Shown here piece by piece: positions 54,509-62,690 of a DNA stretch of 64,000 nucleotides. The DNA is from Tubiluchus corallicola. Its lineage: Eukaryota > Animalia > Priapulida. Each line of letters opens with the position of its first letter. Position 1 is the stretch's first letter. A program made the translations under genes and the position numbers. Where the stretch lies: assembly GCA_030141605.1 (NCBI GenBank), contig JAQGDQ010001064.1:1-64000 (forward strand). The letters are read 5' to 3'. The notes beneath the pieces are model-generated. The model was not told where the DNA came from. It was given only the letters and a program-made list of their open reading frames with translations, and did not search any database.

Positions 54509-57140
54509 AAATGCATTCATGTGCGCGTACGTACATGTGTGTGTCTGTGTGTGCGTGTGTGTGTGTGTGTGTGTGCATGTGTGTGCGTGTCTGTGCGTGT
54601 GTGTGTCTGCGTGTGTGCGTGCGTACATGTGTGTGCATCCTTGCCCCGAAATGGAGGGTTTTGCAGTGTTTAATTTTGAAAATAATGAGATTTAATAATA
54701 CTAATTTTTAACTAACAAGTGAGCTTTCAAAACATAGCCTGGTACCCAAGTCTAAAATTATACAAACTTACGTAGATCATCCAAGCGCGGTACCTCTGTC
54801 TTAAGTTATGCAATACAGAGGCGTCGTTCAGGTATGTCAAGTTTGACATGTCTTCGCATTTCTCGTATTTTGGAGGGTTGACTTCCTGTACGTGTTCCGC
54901 TTTCAACGTCTTCTCCTGCAAACGTAAAAGAGGTGTCGATAGACGAATAGCTTTTAAGCCTAGCATTAAAATTCTTTTCATGGTTTAAAGGAAAAGGCAA
55001 CCCTTCTAGAAAGTTAGGCTTGTTTCAATGTTCATGAGAAATATTGAAAAACTTCTGTGTAATAAGCGTCTCGTATAATTAGAAATGGTTTCTAATTGGT
55101 GGCCATAATAGTTTTTAATTCGCTGTAATTACACTAGGTGTCACGCGTTGTGTTACATTTTTCATGGTACGTTTTCGTATTAGTTTGCAGCGTTTGTGTG
55201 TGGGGGGGGGGGGTTAGGGGGACGCACTCATGTCTGAATTCATTTGTCAATTAAAGGAAAAGTCAAGTCTATCTGGAAGTTGAGTTTATTCTAATATTTG
55301 AGAAAAATGTTAGAAAGTTTTAGCAATGAAATTGTGATAAGCGTCTCGTGAAATTAGTAAAATCACTTTAAACTCGCGATCACTTCATGCTTGGGCGCTT
55401 TTCAAATGAACCAATGACGTCATTTTTGGCTGACGAAAAACAGCGCACTGTCCATTGCCGTAAACAGTGCGTGGATTAAAGGGAAAGGCAACCCTTCTAG
55501 AAACTTATTCCAGTGTTCTCGGGAAATGTTTGAAGGATTTACTAACAAAAGTGTGATCACCACTTCCATTTTGAACGCCCATTTTTTACCAGTGACGTCA
55601 TTTTTGGCTGAGAAAAACAACGCACTGTCCATTTTCGTCAACAGTACACGATAACTTTTAATAAAAAAAATCATTTAATTTTTGCATGTGATATTTTTAC
55701 AGAACATTAAGTAAGCTGGGGAAGTTTGAATTAGTTTAAGCAACACGATGCACTTACGGAAGGTCACGAAGTCCACCAATTACGTCATAATTTTCAAATG
55801 AATGGCTGCTACCACCGCGCTTGTAAATTTCTATGCAGCCGTAGTGTAAATAAACGTTATTGACAGTTTTTAGCACTTTTTTGTTATATTTTTCTGAGCT
55901 AAACGATAACAGTAAAATAAACCCAACATGCTAAGCGACTTGACTTTTCCTTTAACGTACAAGAAAACCCTCAACTTACGTGAAGTTTAAAAAATTCGTC
56001 TTGAAATTTTTTCCCACTTTCATACCACCTTTTTGCAGGCAGGGCTTGCGTCGGTCGTAACGCTGTATAAACATGTAAATTTAAACTTACGCGATGACCG
56101 TTAGACGCAGCCATTTTAAATGTAGGTTTGAAACCAGTTAAGATAACATTGAGTAAAGTTTGAAAGAATACTCAGAGCATTCGTAGCGCACACGTCACAA
56201 ACGAAGTCAAATTCTAACTTACCGTATCTTGTAAATAAGATTAAAAATACGTTTTTGGTTAGTGAGTGGTGCACCCTGCAGGTGAGTCAGCGACATTTTA
56301 CCAATTGGTGTAAACATTTTAAATAATTAATAATTTTCTTTTCTAGTTACATAAGTCTTTCAAGCAGGTAAGTGAAATGTTAAGTAACATAATTTTGCAT
56401 TGAAAGTTTTTTGGGACATAATTTAACATTTCCTTTTCTTTCCCTGATTTACGTTGGGCGTGTATGACGTCACGTAATCACGTCAAAATGAAAACAAACA
56501 AAAATTCCTTTCAACACGAGTACGCTATATGCAAAAAATTGCTATAAAGTAATATAATTTTTAAGACTGTTTTTCTGAAACCTACTTCAGGTGCCCCTTT
56601 TCTTGTCCAAAAAGCTCTGAACACTAATATTTATTAACTGTGACGTCATGTGACGTATATGTAATTGTGCGTATATGACGTCATGTAAGGGCGCGGTTAC
56701 TAACTGTAGGCTTCACAACTGTATTAACTGTGACGTCATGTAACTTATATGTAACTGTGCGTATATGACGTCATGTAAGGGCGCGGTTACTAACTGTAGG
56801 CTTTAATGTTTTTTTTTATTTCTAAGTTCAAGTGACAGCAGTAAAATAAACTTCATTATTTAGGCTTCTTATCTAAGGATTTTACCTCCGAGAAAATTTC
56901 TCAAGTGCAAAAACTCACCTCCCCTTTTGCCACAACCGTGACCATGTCTCCCTTCCTCTCTTTAATCTCTCCAATAGCGTATCCCTCCTTCTTGTCGGGA
57001 ACCCAGCACATAGACTTGCCATCATAGGGGATGGTAGAGGCCTCAATTTTCATCTGCTCCGTGGGCTTCAGGAACTGCCACGGGTCCTGTTGGAGCAATT
57101 CTTTCGCCCCGTAGGGCAGGGGAAGCGCCTGAGACAACAT
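29321..57140 (-). CDS. Mhc: Myosin II heavy chain, striated-muscle type; 18 coding exons, 5868 nt, about 1955 aa
   Basis: P-loop GESGAGKT, switch I NDNSSRFG, switch II DIAGFE, SH1 region [18 protein letters not shown] motifs, [14 protein letters not shown] and a long coiled-coil rod. All introns are GT-AG with compatible phases. Confidence 0.97.
29960..30755. repeat. Complex (CATA/CA)n satellite with about 116-bp higher-order period
   Basis: Directly visible. Confidence 0.93.
30814..32443 (-). CDS. Mhc: Mhc coding exon 17 (1630 nt, LMM rod)
   Basis: ttcAG|GAGAAAAATG ... ATCACT|GTaagt; heptad coiled coil. Confidence 0.95.
33925..34132. repeat. (GTTAC/GTTAT/GTTGT)n pentanucleotide repeat
   Basis: Directly visible. 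Confidence 0.92.
34267..34712 (-). CDS. Mhc: Mhc coding exon 16 (446 nt)
   Basis: ttacAG|AGTCAG ... GTCAA|GTaagt. Confidence 0.93.
34744..35312. mobile_element. Truncated MITE family A copy whose distal part is tandemly amplified about 3x
   Basis: ccagcgattgatgacgatcatgaaaaggtcaaagg matches 5349 and 11546. Confidence 0.7.
35660..36057. repeat. 82-bp minisatellite x5 abutting a splice donor
   Basis: gtcaaaggtcattgtgaagtactga repeated; the last copy ends inside the GTCAGT donor of the 79-nt exon. Confidence 0.92.
36059..36137 (-). CDS. Mhc: Mhc coding exon 15 (79 nt)
   Basis: tttAG|GATTGAG ... GCAAAG|GTcagt; [14 protein letters not shown]. Confidence 0.92.
36238..36618. repeat. 32-bp minisatellite, about 12 copies
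   Basis: ttttcctttaaactgcaacataattaattgtc. Confidence 0.95.
36631..37265 (-). CDS. Mhc: Mhc coding exon 14 (635 nt)
   Basis: tttAG|CGCACA ... GCAAA|GTaag; [31 protein letters not shown]. Confidence 0.95.
37276..37759. repeat. (TCAA/TCAG/CCAA)n tetranucleotide repeat
   Basis: Directly visible. Confidence 0.97.
37778..38670. mobile_element. Interspersed family C (Kolobok-like) with an internal 75-bp x5 array (38210-38582)
   Basis: Homologous to 55956-56608 and, inverted, to 62046-62690. Confidence 0.72.
38670..38809. repeat. 32-bp minisatellite, about 4.5 copies, next to an exon donor
   Basis: atgaagccatttacgtaaaattgtacaactaa. Confidence 0.9.
38828..39674 (-). CDS. Mhc: Mhc coding exon 13 (847 nt; converter, IQ, S2)
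   Basis: tacAG|GTACCAA ... CAATCA|GTgagt; [17 protein letters not shown]. Confidence 0.95.
39907..40196. repeat. Two-copy duplication, about 160 bp period
   Basis: actttataacaca..cacaggcagttg...ttaccctgttta repeated. Confidence 0.88.
40651..41748 (-). repeat. 61-bp minisatellite x18; the unit is the last about 39 nt of a myosin exon plus the 5' splice site and 22 nt of intron
   Basis: Minus-strand unit attccccaatagggtcgtctatggtgacttcaagcagag|GTcagtttactaggtttagacc encodes [13 protein letters not shown]. Confidence 0.97.
41711..41916 (-). CDS. Mhc: Mhc coding exon 12 (206 nt; SH2-SH1 helix)
   Basis: tacAG|GAACAA ... CAGAG|GTcagt; [29 protein letters not shown]. Confidence 0.95.
42027..42422. 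repeat. (GACTAT)n, (ATT)n and (ATC)n microsatellites
   Basis: Directly visible. Confidence 0.95.
42422..42775. repeat. About 66-bp array x4-5 containing the family C terminus (cttgtcctttaa)
   Basis: tacttattttcaggtagttgcactatcacattaactctag...ttttcttgtcctttaag repeated. Confidence 0.85.
42905..43425. repeat. (CT)n-rich repeat
   Basis: Directly visible. Confidence 0.95.
43470..43853 (-). CDS. Mhc: Mhc coding exon 11 (384 nt; includes loop 2)
   Basis: tatAG|CCTATG ... TACAGG|GTttgt; [25 protein letters not shown]. Confidence 0.94.
44561..45139 (-). CDS. Mhc: Mhc coding exon 10 (579 nt; switch II, relay)
   Basis: ttcAG|GTTGCG ... GAAAAG|GTtatt; [19 protein letters not shown]. Confidence 0.94.
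45275..45870. repeat. (GA)n then (TA)n microsatellites
   Basis: Directly visible. Confidence 0.95.
46118..46221 (-). CDS. Mhc: Mhc coding exon 9 (104 nt)
   Basis: ccAG|AAAAGC ... ACCAAT|GTaagt; [20 protein letters not shown]. Confidence 0.93.
46535..46865. repeat. Dimeric minisatellite, about 102-bp period, x3
   Basis: cactctca(g/a)tgcagtgcag..gtcgtgcta repeated. Confidence 0.85.
47074..47687. mobile_element. Two Tc1/pogo-like MITE family E copies (47074-47347; partial 47437-47687)
   Basis: ta|cagtaagtcctc ... cgttaagcgaggact; inverted relative to the 25622 copy. Confidence 0.8.
48204..48302 (-). CDS. Mhc: Mhc coding exon 8 (99 nt)
   Basis: ttcAG|ATTTG ... AAAAG|GTgaat; [16 protein letters not shown]. 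Confidence 0.94.
48522..48916. repeat. (GAGT)n repeat
   Basis: Directly visible. Confidence 0.93.
49234..49712. mobile_element. Interspersed family D copy (inverted relative to 24310)
   Basis: Reverse-complement similarity over about 470 bp. Confidence 0.72.
49887..49950 (-). CDS. Mhc: Mhc coding exon 7 (64 nt)
   Basis: tttAG|GGTAAATTC ... ATCTT|GTaagt; [17 protein letters not shown]. Confidence 0.94.
50060..50525. repeat. (ATC/GTC)n microsatellite
   Basis: Directly visible. Confidence 0.95.
50549..50641 (-). CDS. Mhc: Mhc coding exon 6 (93 nt; switch I)
   Basis: tacAG|ATTGGT ... CGATTC|GTaagt; [21 protein letters not shown]. Confidence 0.95.
51162..51261 (-). CDS. Mhc: Mhc coding exon 5 (100 nt; P-loop, loop 1)
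   Basis: cacAG|AGGGGAG ... AATAAG|GTtata; [15 protein letters not shown]. Confidence 0.92.
51456..51913. mobile_element. piggyBac-like MITE family B copy
   Basis: ttaa|ccctttca ... tgaaaggg|ttaa; high identity to 23511-23967. Confidence 0.9.
52054..52081 (-). CDS. Mhc: Mhc coding exon 4 (28-nt micro-exon)
   Basis: ttttAG|ATCGTGAGGATCAGTCCATGTTGATCAC|GTaagt; REDQSMLIT. Confidence 0.93.
52141..52748. repeat. (GTA/GCA)n then (GA)n microsatellites
   Basis: Directly visible. Confidence 0.96.
52759..52915 (-). CDS. Mhc: Mhc coding exon 3 (157 nt)
   Basis: ccAG|ACTTAT ... GCAA|GTaagc; [31 protein letters not shown]. Confidence 0.95.
53137..53877. repeat. 74-bp minisatellite x10
   Basis: aacatttacagtaagaatagactataactacacaagctgacaag...agacattagt. 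Confidence 0.96.
54451..54638. repeat. (GT)n microsatellite
   Basis: Directly visible. Confidence 0.95.
54772..54915 (-). CDS. Mhc: Mhc coding exon 2 (144 nt)
   Basis: tgcAG|GAGAAG ... ATCTAC|GTaagt; [26 protein letters not shown]. Confidence 0.95.
55255..55951. mobile_element. Kolobok-like MITE
   Basis: TTAA flanks; perfect 15-bp TIR aggaaaagtcaagtc/gacttgacttttcct; related ends at about 54989, 55480 and 18141. Confidence 0.8.
55956..56608. mobile_element. Interspersed family C copy
   Basis: Homologous to 37778-38670; reverse complement of 62046-62690. Confidence 0.75.
56919..57140 (-). CDS. Mhc: Mhc coding exon 1 (222 coding nt; the exon starts at 57181)
   Basis: ATG at 57140; [17 protein letters not shown] (SH3-like N-terminus); donor GAG|GTgagt; upstream acceptor ttacAG at 57183-82. 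Confidence 0.93.
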
Positions 57141-57253
57141 CTTGCTTTCTCAGTCGAACAAACAGAATCAGCCAAAACTACCTGTAAGTTGAAAAAATCA
57201 TTTTTTTTATTTATTTTTTAATATTTTATTTCAAACTTTACAAAGTTCGTATG

Positions 57254-57866
57254 CTGGAGTGGCTTCTCCAGGGCGCACGCCTGGGCAAGGTGTATGGAGA
57301 TCCTGAGTTGCCCAGACAACAGTAACCCTCTCTCTTCCCCCCTGGTGTTGTTGGCATCCTTCTGTCTCGGAAGACAATGGAATGTGCGCCAAGAGAGTCA
57401 GTTATTGATCACATTGATGGAGCTGCTGCGTCGACTGTGGCTGAGCAATCCGATCCTTGAACGTCTCCAGGGCACACTGCACGCCTGGGTAAGTATGGAG
57501 ATCCTGAGTTGCCCAGACAACAGGAACCCCTCTCCTCCTCCCTGGTGTAGTCCAAAGGAAAGCGGAGCGATACGTTTGGCACCAGGTTGGCTGCAGGAGC
57601 TGCCGGAGTCAGTGAGCATGCTGCACTGGTCCGCCTTCAGGGCTCCACTCCTGATTTGGAAGGTTTACTCCTCTACACATGGCCGTCGGGTCACTTGACC
57701 TCCTCCGCCCTCTACCCGCTGCTTACGCAGCTCCTCCACCTAGTGTCGAGATACAGTGTGAGCATCCCGCAAGTCTACAGCTATTCCTAGGCGGTTACCC
57801 ATCCAAGTACTAACCAGGTTCTACGTTGCTTAACTTCAGTGATCACACGAGAACTGGTGTTTTCAA
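57254..57866 (-). mobile_element. 5S rRNA-derived SINE with a long GC-rich body (resembles an RTE-clade LINE 5' region)
   Basis: Reverse complement reads ttgaaaacaccagttctcgtgtgatcactgaagttaagcaacg...ggttagtacttggatggg..accgcctaggaata, then the same body start as at 24281. Internal duplication at 57266-57350 and 57464-57548. Confidence 0.8.
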
Positions 57867-57880
57867 AGTTCATAAACACA

Positions 57881-58430
57881 TCACAAATTAATACAAATAA
57901 TACAATCAATCATGACACACAACAATAACACAAATAACAATTTACGATATAACAAACTACGCCAATGACATCTAATTACAGAAGTAAAGTTTACATCACT
58001 GTTTAAAATGTTCTTGCATATAAAATTTTCACTCTTATTCAGCCTGACGTGTAAACTGTATGCACATTTTCTGTGAATCACATCAAAATAAATAATATTA
58101 AGTCTAGTAGAAATATATCTTGCGCTCGTATCATATGAAAAGTTAAACAGCTTCCGTGTTGATACATTATATGCAACCTTGAGTTTGCTAAGATTGTAAG
58201 AATAAAAATGTCTCCAAGTGGACATACAATAAAAAGTAGTGCAGTAAGCATTAAACAATTGTCTCTTCACGTTAACTGAACAGTGAGTAAATTTCATGAG
58301 TAATTTATTTGCTCTACCATAGTAAATTGAACATTGTCGTAATATATCTAAATCATCTCTATTGTCATCTGATAAAATATGACCCAGATATTTTTCCTTT
58401 TTACTAGGTAAGTACAAAACTTTTACACTG
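57881..58430 (-). mobile_element. LINE remnant, RT C-terminal region (RTE-X-like)
   Basis: KYLGHILSDD..DD.DILRQC..YGRAN.L..KF..CS..VK.QLF.AYC..FY...W; family assignment from recalled motif only. Confidence 0.75.
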
Positions 58431-58471
58431 CAAAACAACAGACCCAAAATGTTTGGGCTTTTAAAAACGGT

Positions 58472-58775
58472 TGGAAGTTGCGCAACAAGTTGCCAAGCCG
58501 TTCACAGGTTGAACTTTACTTTCAGAGAGAAGTTGTGCAACAAGTTGCCAAGCCGTTCACAGGTTGCAACTTTACTCTCAGAGAGAAGTTGCGCAACATG
58601 TTGCCAAATCGTTCACACGTTGCAACTTTACTCTCAGATAGAAGTTGCGCAACAAGTTGCCAAGCCGTTCACAGGTTGCAACTTCACTCTCAGAGAGAAG
58701 TGGCACAACAACTTGCCATTCACATGTGCAATTTGATTCTCAAACATAAGTTGCACAACATGTTGCGAGAGAAGT
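58472..58775. repeat. About 57-bp minisatellite x5
   Basis: gaagttgcgcaacaagttgccaagccgttcacaggttgcaactttactctcaga repeated. Confidence 0.88.
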
Positions 58776-58865
58776 TTCTACGTTTGAACGCTTCTATAGA
58801 ACAATATCTACAACGTTTAGCGTCCAACGCTTTACAGAAGGTAAAAACCTCGGTGCAATCAATTC

Positions 58866-59310
58866 AAGTTGCGTTTACCTAACATCCGAAATGCGTTATT
58901 CGTTTTCAACCTGCGAAATAGTTGCGCATAAAAATCAACAGGAAACAGCTGCGGACGAAATAACGCATAAAGTGGCGTTTACGTAGCCTCCGAAATGCGT
59001 ACGCGTTACGGAGGCGCGTAATAGACAAAATCGGTTTATATTGTTTTCAATGCGTCCGTTTGTCCGACCTGCGTTATGCGTTATTCTTTCCTGCAGCCAT
59101 TTCCTATTGACTTTTATTACGCAAATGGATAACGCATAACGCATAAACGCAACTTTATGCGTCGCCCACTTGCGGAACAATGGAAAATAGCTGCGAAAAA
59201 AATAACGCACAACGCAGTTCTGATAAACGGGTGCGTTGAAAAGAACGTAAGCCGATTTTATCTATTCCGCATAATGCGTACGCCTTCCGGATGCCAGGTG
59301 AACGTGGCTT
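58866..59310. mobile_element. Degenerate palindromic MITE (Harbinger-like)
   Basis: aagttgcgtttacct..catccg vs cggatg..aggtgaacgtggctt; internal aacgca/tgcgtt repeats. Confidence 0.5.
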
Positions 59311-59397
59311 TAGATTAAGTAGCAATAATAATGAAGTCTTTCAGCTAACATACATTCGTTCTACTAGCAAACTTCCAAAATTACATTTGTAAAAAGA

Positions 59398-60275
59398 ACT
59401 ATTGTTTCCGATGCACGTAATTATAATTACTAACAATATCATAACAATAGTAATAACAATAGTCCAAAGCTACATTTAATAACTTTGGATATAGTAAAAA
59501 CAATATCCAAAGTTATATTTATATATAAAATAGCTATTGTTTCCGGTGCACGTAATTATAATTAGTAACAATATTATAACAATACTAATAACAATAGTCC
59601 AAAGTTACATTTAATAACTTTGGATATAGTAAAAACAATATCCAAAGTTACATTTATATATAAAATAGCTATTGTTTCCGGTGCACGTAATTATAATTAG
59701 TAACAATATTATAACAATACTAATAACAATAGTCCAAAGTTACATTTAATAACTTTGGATATAGTAAAAACAATATCCAAAGTTACATTTATATATAAAA
59801 TAGCTATTGTTTCCGGTGCACGTAATTATAATTAGTAACAATATTATAACAATACTAATAACAATAGTCCAAAGTTACATTTAATAACTTTGGATATAGT
59901 AAAAACAATATCCAAAGTTACATTTATATATAAAATAGCTATTGTTTCCGGTGCACGTAATTATAATTAGTAACAATATTATAACAATACTAATAACAAT
60001 AGTCCAAAGCTACATTTAATAACTTTGGATATAGTAAAAACAATATCCAAAGTTACATTTATATATAAAAATAGCTATTGTTTCCGGTGCACGTAATTAT
60101 AATTAGTAACAATATTATAACAATAGTAATAACAATAGTCCAAAGCTACATTTAATAACTTTGGATATAGTAAAAACAATATCCAAAGTTAGATTTATAT
60201 ATAAAAATAGCTATTGTTTCCGATGCACGTAATTATAAATAGTAACAATAGTATAACAATAGTAATAACAATAGT
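59398..60275. repeat. 135-bp minisatellite, about 6.5 copies, in the inferred first intron of Mhc
   Basis: Period 59401/59536/59671; internal 12-bp inverted repeat. Confidence 0.95.
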
Positions 60276-60330
60276 AACACTGTTATGACAAAAGAGACGG
60301 TTAACAAATGAAAAGAGACGCAATACTTAC

Positions 60331-60354
60331 TCTTCCCGTAGCTTGCACTGATCT
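60331..60354 (-). other. Mhc: Probable short non-coding first exon of Mhc
   Basis: GTaagt donor at 60330, about 50 nt downstream of TATATA; needed to pair with the acceptor at 57182. Confidence 0.55.
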
Positions 60355-60510
60355 GAAAATTTGCCCTCTTTTCAGTCAGGGTATATACGAACCCTGTAGT
60401 AATCAGATCTCTCTATTTTAACCAATTTGGCATCGCCTTTGTTCTAAGCATTTCATTCATTGGACGCTGATTGTAGGAGTATGGCTTCACAGTGGACACG
60501 ACCAATCAGC
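60347..60510 (-). promoter_or_regulatory. Putative Mhc core promoter: TATA box 60387-60382, Inr-like TCAG about 60356-60347, CCAAT boxes
   Basis: TATATA about 30 nt upstream of ttTCAGatcagt; CCAAT/ATTGG at about 60422, 60459 and 60502. Confidence 0.55.
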
Positions 60511-60850
60511 GAGCTCGTAACAACTCCACACTGGCTTCGCTGGAGCTGTTTTTGGACAACAGACTTGAGGGCCGCACAGGTCTGGGCTTCTATGAATAGC
60601 CGGTCCGTGTGTTTGTACGAATTTCAATAGCGTTTGTTTTAGCCCTGCTAGGCGACTGCTATTCTCAGCAGGTTGGAAGCCAGGCGTAACAAAGATTAGG
60701 TGACCTATATTTGTAAGAAGCCAGAACTCAGAGCATTGAATTCCTCCACGTTGCTTACTTTGTCCTTTAACTGTATCCATGGTTACAATAGCAGTTAAAA
60801 TAATGAAATTCTTTAACAATTAAAACATGTGATGTAAAGTCGGCTCAACT

Positions 60851-60852
<2 letters not shown>

Positions 60853-60912
<60 letters not shown>

Positions 60913-60916
60913 GTTA

Positions 60917-60977
<61 letters not shown>

Positions 60978-61324
60978 CATTATTATTATTATTATTACCA
61001 TCATTATCGTTATCGTTATCGTGATTGTGATCGTGATCGTGATCGTCATCGTCATCGTTATCGTCTTGGGCATCGTCATCATCGTCATCATCATTATCAT
61101 CATCATCATCATCATCATTATTATCATTATTATTATTATTATAATTACCATCATTATCGTTATCATTATCATTGTCATTGTCATTGTCATTGTCATTGTC
61201 ATTGTCATTGTCATTGTCATTGTCATTGTCATTGTCATTGTCATTGACATTGTCATTGTCATTGTCATTGTCATTGTCATTATCATTATCATTATCATTG
61301 TCATTGTCATTGTCATTGTCATTG

Positions 61325-61357
<33 letters not shown>

Positions 61358-61392
61358 ATATTACTACTACTATTTTTATTACTATTATTAAA
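60853..61392. repeat. (ATT)n, (ATC)n and (ATTGTC)n microsatellites
   Basis: Directly visible. Confidence 0.96.
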
Positions 61393-62045
61393 GTTGTTCT
61401 TCCACATTAATTATTAACGTAGAAGAACAAATTTGGTTTTGTTATGACTGCCAGGCTGATACGTTACATAATAAAGAACCTCTTCAAACGACGGTACTTC
61501 AGAACTTCTACTTAAGTCTACTAAACGACTCTTAGTAATCGACTTTACGTTTAGACAATCAACAATGCATTAACAAACAACTTAACGTGTACATTTTCAT
61601 TGTTTCTTGCATTAATTCCACTGGTATTAACGAAAATGAATTGCTGTCTTTTGTTCATCTATCACACGATCTTTAAGTTTACAATTTAGTATTTGTCTTG
61701 TTTGCTTCTCACAATGTTGGTTTTTGTATTTTTACAATGTGTTTTCACACTGGATTGTTGTGTGAACATGACCTAACTGGTCGAAACGTTACAGATGTTG
61801 CTGTCTGTATAAAAGCCGTGTCTTTGCGTCAGTGGTGCTGATTGTTATTTTTACATTAAGGAATCAAACTTTAAGAGATTAAAGAGAAGAAAAAATGAAA
61901 ATGAGCCAAGCCAGGATTCGAACCAGAAACATTAGGATTGCTTTCGATCCAAATTTTGTTTCAATTGTTAATAATGTGAGTTCTTTTCATTATTATCCAA
62001 TAATCTTAAAGCTAAAAATGTTACCTTTATTTTGTTTTGTTTTAA

Positions 62046-62690
62046 AGGACAAGAAAAGGGGTACCTGAAGTAGGTTTCAGAGAAACAGCCTTAAAAAATT
62101 ATATAACTTTACAGCAATTTTATGCATATATCTTACTCGCACTGAAAGGAATTTTTGTTTGTTTTCATTTTAAATCTCCTGCAACACTGTTCCGACCGCG
62201 CCATTACATGACGTCATAAACGCACAACGTAAATCAGGGGAAGAAAAGAAAATGTTCAACTATATCTCAATAAATTTTCAATGCAAATCTGTGTTGCTTA
62301 GCATTACGCTTACCTGTTGGAAAGACTTATGTAATTGAAAAAGAAAATTCTTCATCGCAATCCTAGTGTGCACCACTGGTTCACACATTATTGATCTTAT
62401 TGACAATATAAAATAACTTAAACTTTTGCTTACTTAGTGACGTGTGCACCACGAATGCTCTGATTATTTTTTCAAACTTTACTCAATATTTTATAAACCT
62501 GTTTCAAATGACTTGTCGTCAAAATGGCTGCGTCTAACGGTCATCGCGGGAGTTTAGATCTTCAAATTTTGTACAACGTTACCGTTAACGCAAGCTCTGT
62601 ACGCAATAAGACAGCATGTAAGCGATACGATATTTCAAGGCGAATTTTTCAATTTATGAAAAGTGTTTTCTTGTTCAACTGGTCAACGCC
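62046..62690. mobile_element. Interspersed family C copy (TTAA|AGG terminus, Kolobok-like)
   Basis: ttaa|aggacaagaaaaggggtacctgaagtagg; inverted homolog of 55956-56608. Confidence 0.75.

Noticed and set aside
29372-56918. Arthropod/mollusc-style mutually exclusive duplicated Mhc exons
   Set aside because: No full duplicated exon seen in the introns by eye; only the partial-exon array at 40651-41748.
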